A stretch of DNA of 62,922 bases, filler included, from Chiloscyllium plagiosum (taxonomy: Eukaryota): the NCBI RefSeq assembly GCF_004010195.1. It is 4 parts of one record of this genome, joined end to end, with 100 filler letters (N's around TTAATTAATTAA, not from the genome) between each part and the next. Parts side by side here need not be neighbours in the genome. Positions count along the whole stretch, not along the records: positions 31,805 to 42,795 come from NC_057712.1; positions 42,896 to 51,006 come from NC_057712.1; 2 more parts are not named here. One strand, 5' to 3'. Positions 34,161-46,153 of the stretch are shown here, piece by piece; within the stretch, counting starts at the first letter, position 1; every line of letters begins with the position of its first letter. Under the pieces are notes generated by a model. The model did no database searches. It worked only from the letters and a program-made list of their open reading frames with translations, and was not told where the DNA came from. The position numbers and the translations under genes were made by a program.

Positions 34161-35390
34161 GAAATCTGCCAAGACCTCCAATACCATCTCACTTCTCAAG
34201 GACTTTGCAGCCGTTGAATCACAGAATCCCTACAGCACAAAGTGGCCACTGGCTGTTCGAGTCTGCTCTGGGCTCCTGATGAAAGGTTCTGACCTGAAAC
34301 GTTGATTCCCCTCCTCTTCCTCTGCAGCCTGACCTACTGTGCTTTTTCCAGCTCAACGCTTTATCCATTCTGACTCTCCAACAACTGCACTTCTCACTAT
34401 CTCCTCGTTTAATTTTGAGAACTGGGCAGCATGGGCAAGTTGGGCCAAAGGACCTGTCTCCATGCTGTAGACCTTTATAACTCTATGGGTCTTTTAATTT
34501 TTAAGTTCTACCCACAAAGCCTCATTTATCACCATATCCAAATATCATCCCTTCTTCCTACAGTGACTGACTCCCTAACTAATAATGCTATGCCGCCTCC
34601 ACTTTTGCACTCCTGCCTGAAGATCCTATACCCCAGAATGTAAAGTTGCCAGTACTACCGCTGCCTCAATCACATCTCTCTGATGGCAACAGTACTGTAG
34701 TTCCATGTGTCAATCCACATCCTTGAATCCTCTATCTTAACTATAATGCTCCTGCCATTAAAGTAGAGGCCATCTCGCCTCTCCTTACTCCACTGAGTTC
34801 CTTTATAGTTGAACTAACTCTGTCTTGGTTTCTTTTCTAAGTTATGCTGTGTTGGTATTGAACTGACTCACTGAGACCCCCGTCTCCTGAACTAGTTTAA
34901 ACTCCTGCCAAGTGTACTACCAACCCCTCCTATGGAGGATGTTGGTCCCATTCTGGTTCAGGTGTAGACTATCCTGCTTGTTATAGATCCTCCTCGTTTA
35001 TCCCACCCTTTTGCAATTAAGATTTGCCGTCTTCATAGCAGGGCAATATTATTGAAGAGTTATCTCCACAGAAGGACATTTCAACCCTTGAGCTGTCAAT
35101 AAGTCTTGTGTTCTTTTCCTTGCACTTGATGCCATGTAAATCCTTATTCAGAATCCTCTTTCCTATGGCCCATCTGCATTCTTTCATATTGACTTATAGT
35201 AAGTGCAGCAGGAGCCTAAGTTTAACTGTCATAGCCATTTTTAAAAAAGGATATTACATCAGTACTCAGTCTGCCTCTGCCCTTCCCAGACGTGTGCAGT
35301 CAAGGTACTGAGACCATTGTTTACACTTTCTCCAGAGGTTTTCCCTTTCTTCTCAGTGTAAGGGAATCCCAATACAAGTTTCTCTAGAGC

Positions 35391-35898
35391 GAGACAGAAA
35401 GATCAGATTATTGAGACAGCTGTGTTCCTAAGGAAAACTCAATAAATTGGCCCTCATTAAGAAATTCTTCATTTGTAGTGTATGTTTGGTACTGACACTA
35501 CTGTTAAAACCACTAGGCGAAAGTGAGGACTGTAGATGTTGGAGATTAGAATAGAGAGTGTGGTGCTGGAAAAGCACAGCAGGTAAGGCAGCATCCGAGG
35601 AGCAGGAGAGTCGATATTTTGGGCAAAAATGCTTCATCAGGATTGAATCCTGGTGTGAAGGGCTTTTGCCTGAACAGTCGACTGTCCTGCTCCTCAGATG
35701 CTGCCTGACCTGCTGTGCTTTTCCAGCACCACACTCTCGATTCTAATCTCCAGCATCTGCAGTCCTCACTTTCACCTAGTGTGGTTTTAACAATAGTGTC
35801 AGTAACAAACACACTACAAATGAAGAATTTCTTCATGAGGACCAATCTATTGAGTTTTCCTTAGGAACACAGCTGTCTCAATCTGATCTTTCTGTCTC
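35391..35898. repeat. ~508-bp imperfect palindrome centred on back-to-back PLE termini
   Basis: Arms gagacagaaagatcagatt... and ...aatctgatctttctgtctc; centre caggattgaatcctg. Confidence 0.92.
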
Positions 35899-36189
35899 AA
35901 CTGTTAAGACCATACAGCTGTTATTTTTAAAAATTTGTAACAGTTGCACTAATTTCTATGACATGTATTTGAGACAAACAAACAGCCAGTTATCTTTGCC
36001 TTAACCAGCATCTTTTGCTACTATATAAATGGTGATAGATGGCTGGATAATGATAAATACATTCATAACTTTGTGTGTTCATTCCATTTGCCATAGAATG
36101 TTCTTTTCCATCTGTTCATTGATTAGTATATTTGGGTTTCTGTTGTGCACCCTATCATTTACTGCATTGACTTTTTCTAGTCTCTGGGG

Positions 36190-36580
36190 AACTGATGGGA
36201 ACTGTTAAAGCCCTTGAAGTATATAAGGAATATAGGAAAGAACTTAAACAAGGAATTAGAAGGGCTAAAAGGGGTCATGAAAAGTTGTTAGCAAACAGGC
36301 TTAAGGAAAATCCAAAGGCTTTTTATACATAAATAAAAAGCAAGAGGAGGGCCAGGGAAAGGGATGGCCCACTCAAGGACAAAGGATGCAATCAATGTGT
36401 GGAGCCAGAAGAGGTAGGTGAGGTCCTAAACAAGTAGTGTGTCAGTATTCACCAAATAGAAGGAATTAGTGGGCGTTGGGTTTCTAAGCCAAGTTGCTGT
36501 TAAAAGGGAAGAGGAGTTGTCAGTCTTAAAGTATTAAGATAGATAAGGCTCCGGGTCCTGATGGGATCTATCCCAGAATA
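36190..36580 (+). mobile_element. CR1 ORF2 fragment
   Basis: IRRAKRGHEK..KENPKAFY; DKAPGPDGIYPRI. Confidence 0.75.
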
Positions 36581-38719
36581 CCCACTAGCTGAAGTCCATT
36601 GTCTTAATATAGCTTGATGTGTATATTGGAATTGAAGGTTGTAATCATCTGATACATTAATACATAATCCTGTCTTTCATCTGCATGGTTTGATCATGTC
36701 AACTCATCGCTTTCTGACCTGCATGTGCTGTATTGTAACCTCAGGAGCTGCTGAAGGTAATGGTGCTGCTTTGCATACCTGATTATGTTTGGTTATTTCT
36801 ACAGTGTCAAATATATTTTGCTGAACTTTAATCTTTTAAAATTATTTTAACGATAACTGGACAGTCTCCTTGCACCTCTAACATCACCTGACTTCCTTTC
36901 TTAAAATCCTATTAAACTTGACTGTTCCACTGTTGCAATTCAAAAGCCAGTCTTCCTGCTTCTACTCTTTGTATAGCTGACCTAAAACGTTATCCTGACT
37001 TGCGAATTCATCGCCCCCGCACCTGCTGATGGTCACTCACTCCCAGCCCAACAACACCTCCATTTCCTGCATAAACTGCTCTGTCATCTTCTCCTTTTGA
37101 AGTGAGATAAGCAAAGTTGTTGAACTGCAGGTTCAGCTAGCTGCTTGGATATATGGTTTTGTGATAATTTGGCTCAAAAAAGAACAGGACTAGGAATACA
37201 AGATGGTAAGATTGATGACAGCGACGATTGGATGCTGCCTGGACTGCTGTGCTCTTCCAGCACCACTAATCCAAAATCTAGGAATACAAGATGTTGCAGA
37301 AACTTGGAGAAAGAAAGGAGATGGGTAACAATATTGATAAAAGGGTAACGTTGAAGAAAAATTGTCCTAAACAGTAAAGGGCAAAATATATTTGGTTGGA
37401 GTTAAGTAGTAATAGAACTGCAAAACCACTGGGTATATTCTGTAAGCCATCAGCTAGTGGCAAAAATATACAGGAGCATATTTGCAATGTAATCACAAGA
37501 GATGCAAGAATTGGAGAGTAGTTACTGTAGGATGTTTTTACTTCCAATTGATAAAAGAAATTATTGTGTAATGAACAGAGCATGAAGAATATCTAGTGTG
37601 TTCAGGAGATTTTCCACATCAATATGTTTCTAACTTTGCAAGGAACATAGAAACAGGAACAGACCATCCAGCCCCTCAAGACTGATCGGCCATTCAGTGA
37701 GATCATGGCTGATCTGTGGCCCAACTTCATATACCTGCCTTTGGCCCATACCCCTTAATAATGTTGTTTAACAAAAAAAACTATTACCAATTTAAAATTA
37801 ACAATTGATTCAGCATTTATGGAAAAGTTCTAGGCTTCTACCACTCTGTTGCATTTAGACGTACTTTCTAACACTTCTCCTGAACAATCTGACCCTAATT
37901 TTTAGTCACTGCCTCCTAGTTCTAGAGTTCTCCAACCGATGGAAATGGTTTATCTTTATTTACCCTGTCTTTTCCTGTTAATATCTTGAAGACTTCAATC
38001 GGCACATTGCTGAGTCTAATTTTGGAGATGGTGATGGGTCAATGGATCAAGTTTTTAAGCTGGGTAACATTTTGGGGCAATAATCATAGTATTATTTCAA
38101 GGTTTAGGTCAGCAGTAAGAAAGCAGCAAGGAGAAAGAGTTAAAAATAAGTTGGGGAGTACTTATTTTTCACATCTGTATTAAAAGACCAAGACTTGAAA
38201 ATATCACTAATTTTGAAGAAAGTAGTGCTAGACTTCGAGGATGTAGATAAGCTGATGTTATGGTCAGATGTTTGCCGAAGGGTGTTTAATGCAAATCATT
38301 GTAAAGTGATACACTTTAATTGGAAGAAGTGGGAGTGGACAGGGAGAGAGGGATCCAGGGTCTTAGGACCTATGTGCACAAATAATTTACACAGGAAGGG
38401 CAGACTGGAAAAGCGATTAATGTTGAGGGATATGCGATCTTGGGCTTCATAAATAAAGGTCTTGAATACAAAAGAAAATAAGTTTGTGATGAATCTTTAT
38501 AAATGAGTGAATGGGCCTCATGATGTATTGCCCAATTCTGGGCACTTAAGATGTGAAAGCTATAATCTCCTTTCACACAACTCCTGTGGCGTCCAGCGCT
38601 TGACATGAGGCTATGAAAGTGTTCCCTACAGTTTTAACATAACTTCCTTGCCCAATAAAACAGTATATAGTATGCTTTATTAAAGCACTCAATCTATTCA
38701 GCCATCACCAATATTTTAT

Positions 38720-39215
38720 TGTTGTGGTTCTGTTTGCCGAGCTGGGAATTTGTGTTGCAGACGTTTCATCCCCTGTCTAGGTGACATCCTCAGTGCTTGG
38801 GAGCCTCCTATGAAGCGCTTCTGTGATCTTTCCTCCGGCATTTGTAGTGGTTTGAATCTGCCGCTTCCGGTTGTCAGTTCCAGCTGTCCGTTGCAGTGGC
38901 CGGTATATTGGGTCCAGGTCGACGTGCTTATTGATTGAATCTGTGGATGAGTGCCATGCCTCTAGGAATTCCCTGGCTGTTCTCTGTTTGGCTTGTCCTA
39001 TAATAGTAGTGTTGTCCCAGTCAAATTCATGTTGCTTGTCATCTGCGTGTGTGGCTGATCGTGTCGTTTTGTGGCTAGTTGGTGTTCATGGATGCTGATT
39101 GTTAGCTGTCTTCCTGTTTGTCCTATGTAGTGTTTTGTGCAGTCCTTGCATGGGAGTTTGTACACTGCATTGGTTTTGCTCATGCTGGGTATCGGTGAGT
39201 TGTTGTCTGAGAGTG
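38720..39215 (-). mobile_element. Penelope-like element of a second family, GIY-YIG 3' end
   Basis: NAVYKLPCKDCTKHYIGQTGRQL..IHEH; hammerhead motif CUGAGGA..GAAACGUC at 38793-38760. Confidence 0.85.
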
Positions 39216-40375
39216 GCTTGAGAGACAGAGAGTGGGGTCAAAGGGGATTTTGTCAGGATAGCAGCTGATGACGACTGGAGTTCTGCAGGAGTCAGTGTTA
39301 GAATCGTAACTATTCATGTTATACATTAACAAACTGAACGAAAGGACTGAGGGCATTTTTGCTTAGGTTGCAGTTAACACAAACTCCGGTGGAGGGAGAG
39401 GCTGCAGAGGGCCTTGGACAGGCTAAGAGAGTGGGCAAAGAAGTGGCAGCTGGAATAAATGTGGTCTTGTGTGAGGTCATGCAGGAAGAATAGAGGCATA
39501 TACTATTTTCGAAACGAGGAAAAGGCTCCACAAATCTGAAACATAAAATTACGTGAGAGCCCAAGTTCAGGGTTCTCAAGGTTAACATGCAATTTGTTGG
39601 TGGTTGGGAAGTCCAATGCAATGCTCACAGTCATTTCAAGAGGGCTTGAATACAAGAGCAGTGATCTGCTGCTGAGGCTGGAAAAGGCTATGGTCAGACC
39701 ACATTTAGAACATTGTGTACAGCTTTGAGCTCTGTATCTAAGGGAAAGTGTCCTGCCATTGGAGGGGTCCAGAGGAGGTTTACAAGAAAGCTTCTGGAAA
39801 TGAAGGGCTTGTCGTGTGAAGAGTGGTTGAGGACTCTGGATCTGTACTTGAAGTTCAGGATAAGGGCTGATCTCATTGAAACTTATGGAATGTGAGAGGC
39901 CTTGATAAAGTGGATGTGGAGAAGATGTTTCCATTAGGAGAGACCAGGACCCAAGGGCAGAGCCTCAGTGAAGGGATAATCCTTTAGAACTAAGATGAGG
40001 AATTTGCTCACTCACAAGCTGGTGAATCTGTGGAACCCATTGCTGCAGAGCACTAAGGAGACCAAGTCATTCTGTCGACTGAAGACCGAGATAGGTGCTT
40101 GATTGTTAAGGGGATCAAGTGTTACAGGGAGAAGGGCTTAAAAATGTGTTGCTGGAAAAGCGCAGCAGGTCAGGCAGCATCAAAGGAACAGGAGAATCGA
40201 CGTTTTGGGCATAACCCATTTTTAAGCACTGATCTCCAGCATCTGCAGTCCTCACTTTCTCCTTACAGGGAGAAGGCAGGAGAATGGGGTTGAGAAGCAA
40301 ATCACGCATGAATGAATGGCAGAGCAGACTCGATGGGCCGAATATGCTAATTTTGCTCCTGTAATCTTATGATCA
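39215..40375 (+). mobile_element. Diverged CR1 3' half with a PLE-terminus insertion at ~40136-40262
   Basis: VRPHLEHCVQL, VQRRFTR; insertion flanked by ttacagggagaagg duplication. Confidence 0.8.
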
Positions 40376-41022
40376 TATTGTGTGTCTAAAGTTTGGCAGT
40401 TGAGACAGAAAACCGTGTGAGAGCTGGTTGCAGTGTTCCTCATTTTGAAAAGCCTGATTGATACTGCTTAAACTGTATACGTGAAGTCTTCAGAGGAGAA
40501 TGGTAATGCTGCTTGTCCAAGTGGATTTTAACTAGGAGAAAGTGAGGACTGCAGATGCTGGAGATCAGAGCTGAAAAATGTGTTGCTGGAAAAGCGCAGC
40601 AGGTCAGGCAGCATCAAAGGAGCATATAAGCCCTTCAGGAAAATGTGGATTTTAAGGATAGCACTAGCATGCATAATACATCTTTCAGTGTCAGGGTAAC
40701 CAAACTCTCTGTTACAGTCAAGGAAGTGAGTTTTGAAGTTGTCATTGTTGCACGATAGTTTCAAAATGGCACATGAGAACTGCCCACAAATAATTGGACA
40801 CTATTATCTAGCAATTCATGTTTTATATATTGATTCATTTCTAAATATTAGCAGGGATCTTTAGACTAGTGTCTTTAGACTTCTAAGAAACCAGATAGGA
40901 TGTCATTTAATGACAGATTTAAATGACAGATTTATCATTTTGTTCAGATAGTTGACTATAAGTTGATGCCACAACAAATCCATGAGAGACTAATATAATA
41001 ACGAATGTTTGTCTATCTTCAG

Positions 41023-41145
41023 GTACTCTTCTACCACGCTTACCATCAGAGCCAGGCATGGCACTGCTCACTATAAAAATAGAAAAAATTGGTCTGAAGG
41101 ATGCAGGACAATGTATTGACCCGTATGTAACAGTCAGTGTAAAAG
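41023..41145 (+). CDS. AIDA: AIDA (axin interactor, dorsalization-associated) internal exon, start of C2 domain
   Basis: ttcag|...|gtaat, 123 nt, phase 1-1; GTLLPRLPSEPGMALLTIKIEKIGLKDAGQCIDPYVTVSVK matches vertebrate AIDA as recalled. Confidence 0.95.
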
Positions 41146-41234
41146 GTAATGCAGTAGGATTTTACATTGAGTTTGGTGTCCGTATAATTCTAATTCGTTA
41201 AAATGACAGATAAATATAATACCTGATTTTACAG

Positions 41235-41357
41235 ATATCAATGGGGTAGATCTCACTCCTGTACAAGATACACCAGTTGCTACAAGAAAAGAAGATATGT
41301 ATGTACATTTTGCTGTTGATGTGGAAATTCAAAAACACATAGAGAAACTGCCAAAAG
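41235..41357 (+). CDS. AIDA: AIDA next internal exon
   Basis: tttacag|...|gtgag, 123 nt after an 89-nt intron; DINGVDLTPVQDTPVATRKEDMYVHFAVDVEIQKHIEKLPK. Confidence 0.95.
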
Positions 41358-41481
41358 GTGAGCCACCTTTAATTTCCTACCTTTGTGAAGATCCTCTTGC
41401 CGTGTGGAGAATACAGCATTATCCCAAGAAATGTTTAGTCCACAACCCACTAGCTGATAATTTAGACTGTTTGTTTGGGTT

Positions 41482-42795
41482 ATAGAGTCATAGAGAAGTA
41501 CAGCATGGAAACAGACTCTTTGGTCCAAATCATTCATACCGACCAGATATTCCAACCTAATCTGGTCCCATTTGCACCACACTGTGTGAAAAAGTTGCCC
41601 CTTAGGTCCCTTTTATTATCTTCCCCTCTCAACCTAAACCTATGCCCTCTAGTTCTGGACTCCCCCACCTCAGGGAAAATACTTTGTCGATTTACCGTAT
41701 CTATGCCTCTCATGATTTTGTAAACCTCTATCAGGTCACCCCTCAGCCTCCGACGCTCCAGGGCAAACAGCCCTAGCCTGTTCAGCCTCTCCCTATAGCT
41801 CAGATCCTCCAACCCTGGCAACATCCTTGGAAATCTTTTCTGAACCTTTTCAAGTTTCACAACATCTTTCCGATAGGAAGGAGACTAGAATTGCATGCAA
41901 TATTCCAATAGTGGCCTAACCAATGTCCTGTACAGCCGCAACATGACCTCCCAACTCCTGTACTCAATACTCTGATCAATAAAGGAAAGCATACCAAACT
42001 CCTTCTTCACTATCCTATCTACCCACGACTCTACTTTCAAGGGGCTATGAACCTGCATCTAAGGTCTCTTTGTTCAGCAACACTCCCCAGGTACTTGCCA
42101 TTAAGTGTATAAGTCCTGCTAAGATTTGCTTTCCCAAAGTGCAGCACCTCGCATTTATCTGAATTAAACTCCATCTGCCACTTAGCCCATTGGCCCATCT
42201 GGTCAAGACCTTGTTGTAATCTGAGGTAACTCTCTTCGCTGTCCACTACACCTCCAATTTTGGTGTCATCTGCAAACTTACTAACCAACCCCTTCCGCTC
42301 GCATCCAAATCATCTACATAAATGACAAAAAGTAGAGGACCCAGCACTGATCCTTGTGGCACTCCACTGGTCACAGGCCTCCACTCTGAAACGCAACCCT
42401 CCACCACCACCCTCTGTCTTCTACCTTTGAGCCAGTTACATAGAAACATAGAAAAATACAGCGCAGTACAGGCCCTTTGGCCCTCGATGTTGCGCCGATC
42501 CAAGCCCACCTAACCTACACTAGCCCACTATCCTCCATATGCCTATCCAATGCCCGCTTAAATGCCCATAAAGAGGGAGAGTCCACCACTGCTACTGAAC
42601 ATAGAGAACATAGAACAATACAGCACAGAACAGGCCCTTCGGCCCACGATGTTGTGCCGAACATTTGTCCTAGCTTAAGCACCCATCCATGTACCTATCC
42701 AATTGCCACTTAAAGTTCGCCAATGATTCTGACTCTGCCACTCCCACAGGCAGCGCATTCCATGAACTCACGACTCGCTGAATAAAGAACCTACC
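41482..42795 (-). mobile_element. CR1 RT to 3' end, with further CR1 3' tails stacked at 42436-42795
   Basis: [24 protein letters not shown]; tails catagaaacatag and gaacatagagaacatag. Confidence 0.9.
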
Positions 42796-42895
42796 NNNNN
42801 NNNNNNNNNNNNNNNNNNNNNNNNNNNNNNNNNNNNNNNTTAATTAATTAANNNNNNNNNNNNNNNNNNNNNNNNNNNNNNNNNNNNNNNNNNNN
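42796..42895. other. Artificial contig linker
   Basis: N44-TTAATTAATTAA-N44. Confidence 0.95.
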
Positions 42896-44289
42896 TGCAG
42901 GAGCAGCGATGTCTCTGGCATGAACCCTTCAGGCCCTGGCTACACCTCCCACCACTTTCTCTATCCTCCATATCCCACTGTCTCCCAGTTTCAACTTCCA
43001 CTCCTTTCTCCTCCACCTTAAGCACCATTCTCCCTTCCCAGCCTCACCTCCCTCATCCAGTTCACACTCCAGCATCTTTCCACCCATAACCCTGCAAAGA
43101 CTGCAACAGCTATCAAATAGACCATTACTAAGGATCATATGCCTACCTTTTTGCCCCCCAAAACTCTTGCACATTATTTAAAGAGACACATCCTCTTGAA
43201 TGCCTACTGTCTTCACCACACTTAGAGACAGTCCACTGCAGATCTAAACTATGCACTTTGAAAGGTTCTTACTTCTATCACATTTACTTTTCTGCAGATC
43301 ACTTCAATCTATACCATTTAAATTTAAATCCTTCATCCTTTTCAAGAGGGAAGTTTCTCAAATACTTTCCCATAGTGTGGTCCGCAGAAACATACACAGT
43401 ACTCCAGGTATGGTCTGACAAGTAGCTTAGACATCGATTCTCCTGCTCCTTGGATGCTGCCTGACCTGCTGTGCTTTTCCAGCAACACATTTTCGGCTGA
43501 TCTCCAGCAACTGCAGTCCTCACTTTCTCCAGTGGGAGATAATGCCCTGGTTCTATATGGTGATTGCAGTACAGGTACAAGCACTGGAGAGTCATATCTT
43601 TGTGGCTCTTTATAGTCACAGTGTGGGTATAAATGGTATTGTGTTGCTGTCATCCTGTATAGCGACAATGATGTTGAGACCAGCACTCTACATATTGAAG
43701 TGTTTCTACATGGTGACTGGTATGGTCTCGGTAGTGGGAGGTAACACATGATTGTCTATATCAATACCACTGTGTACACAGAGGTAACGTTGCAGTGATT
43801 CTATATGATGACAGTGGTATTGGTATAGATAGCTGGAAATAATAAGTTGCTCTGATGAACTAGAAAGAATTTGTATCCAGAGCGACCTGATGGGGGAACA
43901 TTATTGTACAAATGGATATATACTAAAACAGTGCTCCTTGACGGGCCAGACTAGCGGCTTGGGTTTTGAAGAAAAACAATTACTAAAATGTTGGAGTAGA
44001 TTCCCTTGCTGCTGAAGCGGTGATCTTGAAGAGCTTAGTTCTTTAATCAATGCACTCCTACAGTTGTAGCTCAAACAATTTAAATGTGTATATTTGAAAC
44101 AATTTTCAGTGATTCAAAAGGTGGAAAACTGATCATTTTCAGTTATGCTTCACATAAGTTGTCCAGATGAATATTCTAGTATAGTGTATTCTTCATGAGG
44201 ATGAATAAATACTGTGCTTTTGCCTGGGAAGACAAGTTTTGTTTTAAAACAATTGTTAAAAATACCTTAGTTATTGAAACACTGACGCA

Positions 44290-45480
44290 AGTAGAGTCAT
44301 GGAATTGTGCAGGGTATACAAACCCTACAGTCCAACTCGTCCAGATTCTCATTAATTTACTCCCATTTACCAATGTTTGGCCCATATCTCTAAACCCTTC
44401 CTATTCATATACCCAGCCAGGCGCCTTTTAAATGTAATTGTACGAGCCTCTTCCACTTCCTCTGGCAGTTAATTCCATACGCATGCCACCCTCTGTGAAA
44501 AATTTGCCTTTAGATCCCTTATAAATCTTGCCCTTCTCACCTGAAACTTATGACCTCTAGTTTTTGATTCCCCCCTGAGGAAAAGACCATGACTGTTCAC
44601 CTTGTTCATGCCTCTCATGACCGTATAATCCTCTATAAGATCACCCCTCATCCTCTGCTCCAGGGAAAACAGCCCCAGCCTGTTTAGCCTCTCCCTATAG
44701 CTCAAACTTTCCAACCCTGGCAACATTCTTGTAAATCTTTTCTGAATCCTTTCAAGTTTCACACCATCTTTCCTACAGCAGGGGGGCTGAATTGAGTGCA
44801 GTATTCCAAAAGTGACCTCACCAATGTTCTCTCCTCGATGTACTAGTCAATAAAGGCAAGCATATCGAGTATCCTGTCTACCTGCGACTCCATCTTCAAG
44901 GAACTATGAGCCTGCACGCCAAGGTTTCTTTGTTCGGCAACACACCCCAGGACCTTCCCATTAACTGTGTATGTCATGCCCTGATTTGCTCTGCCAAAAT
45001 GCAGCACTTCACATGTATCTAAATTAAACTCCATACCCTTTCCTCGGCCCATTTGCTCATCTGTTAAGGTCCTGTTGTACTCTGAGGTAAGCTTCTTTGT
45101 GTCTACTACCTCAGCAAACTTACTAATCATCCCTCATTCACATCCAAATAATTTATATAAATGACAAAAAGCAGTGGATCCAGTATTGATTCTTGCTGCA
45201 CACCACAAGTCACAGGCCTCCAGTCTGAAAAACAACCTTCCATCACCACCACCTGCCTTCTACCTCAAGCTAATTTGGAATCCAAATGGCGAGCTCTCCT
45301 TGTATTTCATGTGATCTAACCTTGCTAAACAGTCTGCCATGTGGAACTTAGTTTGTCTGGACTTCAGCAAAGCATTCAACAACGTCCGCTGTGCTCTTTT
45401 CATTAATCTTTGTCACTTCTTCAAAAAGCTCTATCAAGTCAGTGAGACACGATGTCCCACGTGCACAGCTATGTTGATTA
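44290..45480 (-). mobile_element. CR1 RT to 3' end
   Basis: KLERIQKRFTRMLPGL; CEVLHFG. Confidence 0.88.
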
Positions 45481-45509
45481 TCCTTAATCAGTTTTATCCT
45501 TTCCAAATA

Positions 45510-46153
45510 CATGTAGGTTCATAGCTCCTTGAAAGTACAGTTGCAGGTAGAAAGGATAATGAAGGTGTTTGATAAGTTTCCCTTTATTGGTCAGAATATT
45601 GAGTACAGGAGTTGGGAGGTCATGTTGCAGCTCTACAAGATGTTGGTTAGGCCACTGTTGGAATATTGCATGCAGTTCTGGTCTCCTTCCTATTGGAAGG
45701 ATATTGTGAAACTTGAAAGGGTTCATAAAAAATTTACAAGGATGTTGCCAGGGTTGGAGGATTTGAGCTATAGGGAAAGGTTGGATAGGCTTGGGACTGT
45801 TTTCCTTGGAGGCTGAGGGGTGACCTTTAGAGGTTTATAAAATCATGAGGGGCATGGATCTGTTAAGTAGACAAAATATTTTCCCTGGAGTGAGGGAGTC
45901 CAGAACTAGAGGGCAAAGGTTTAGGATGAGAGGGGAAAGATATAAAAGAGACCTAATGAGCAACATTTTCACACAGAAGGTGGTGAATGTATGGAATGGA
46001 GCTGTCAGAGCAAGTGATGGAGGCTGGTACAATTGCAACATTTTTAAAAGGCACCTGAATGGGTATATGAATTGGAAAAGTTTAGAGGGATATGGGCCAG
46101 GTGCTGGCAAGTGGGACCAGATTAGTTTGGGATATCTGGTCGGCAAGGATGAG
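45510..46153 (+). mobile_element. CR1 3' fragment whose tail resumes at ~49062-49086
   Basis: LVRPLLEYCMQFWSP; 3'UTR interrupted after ggtcggcaaggatgag. Confidence 0.85.
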
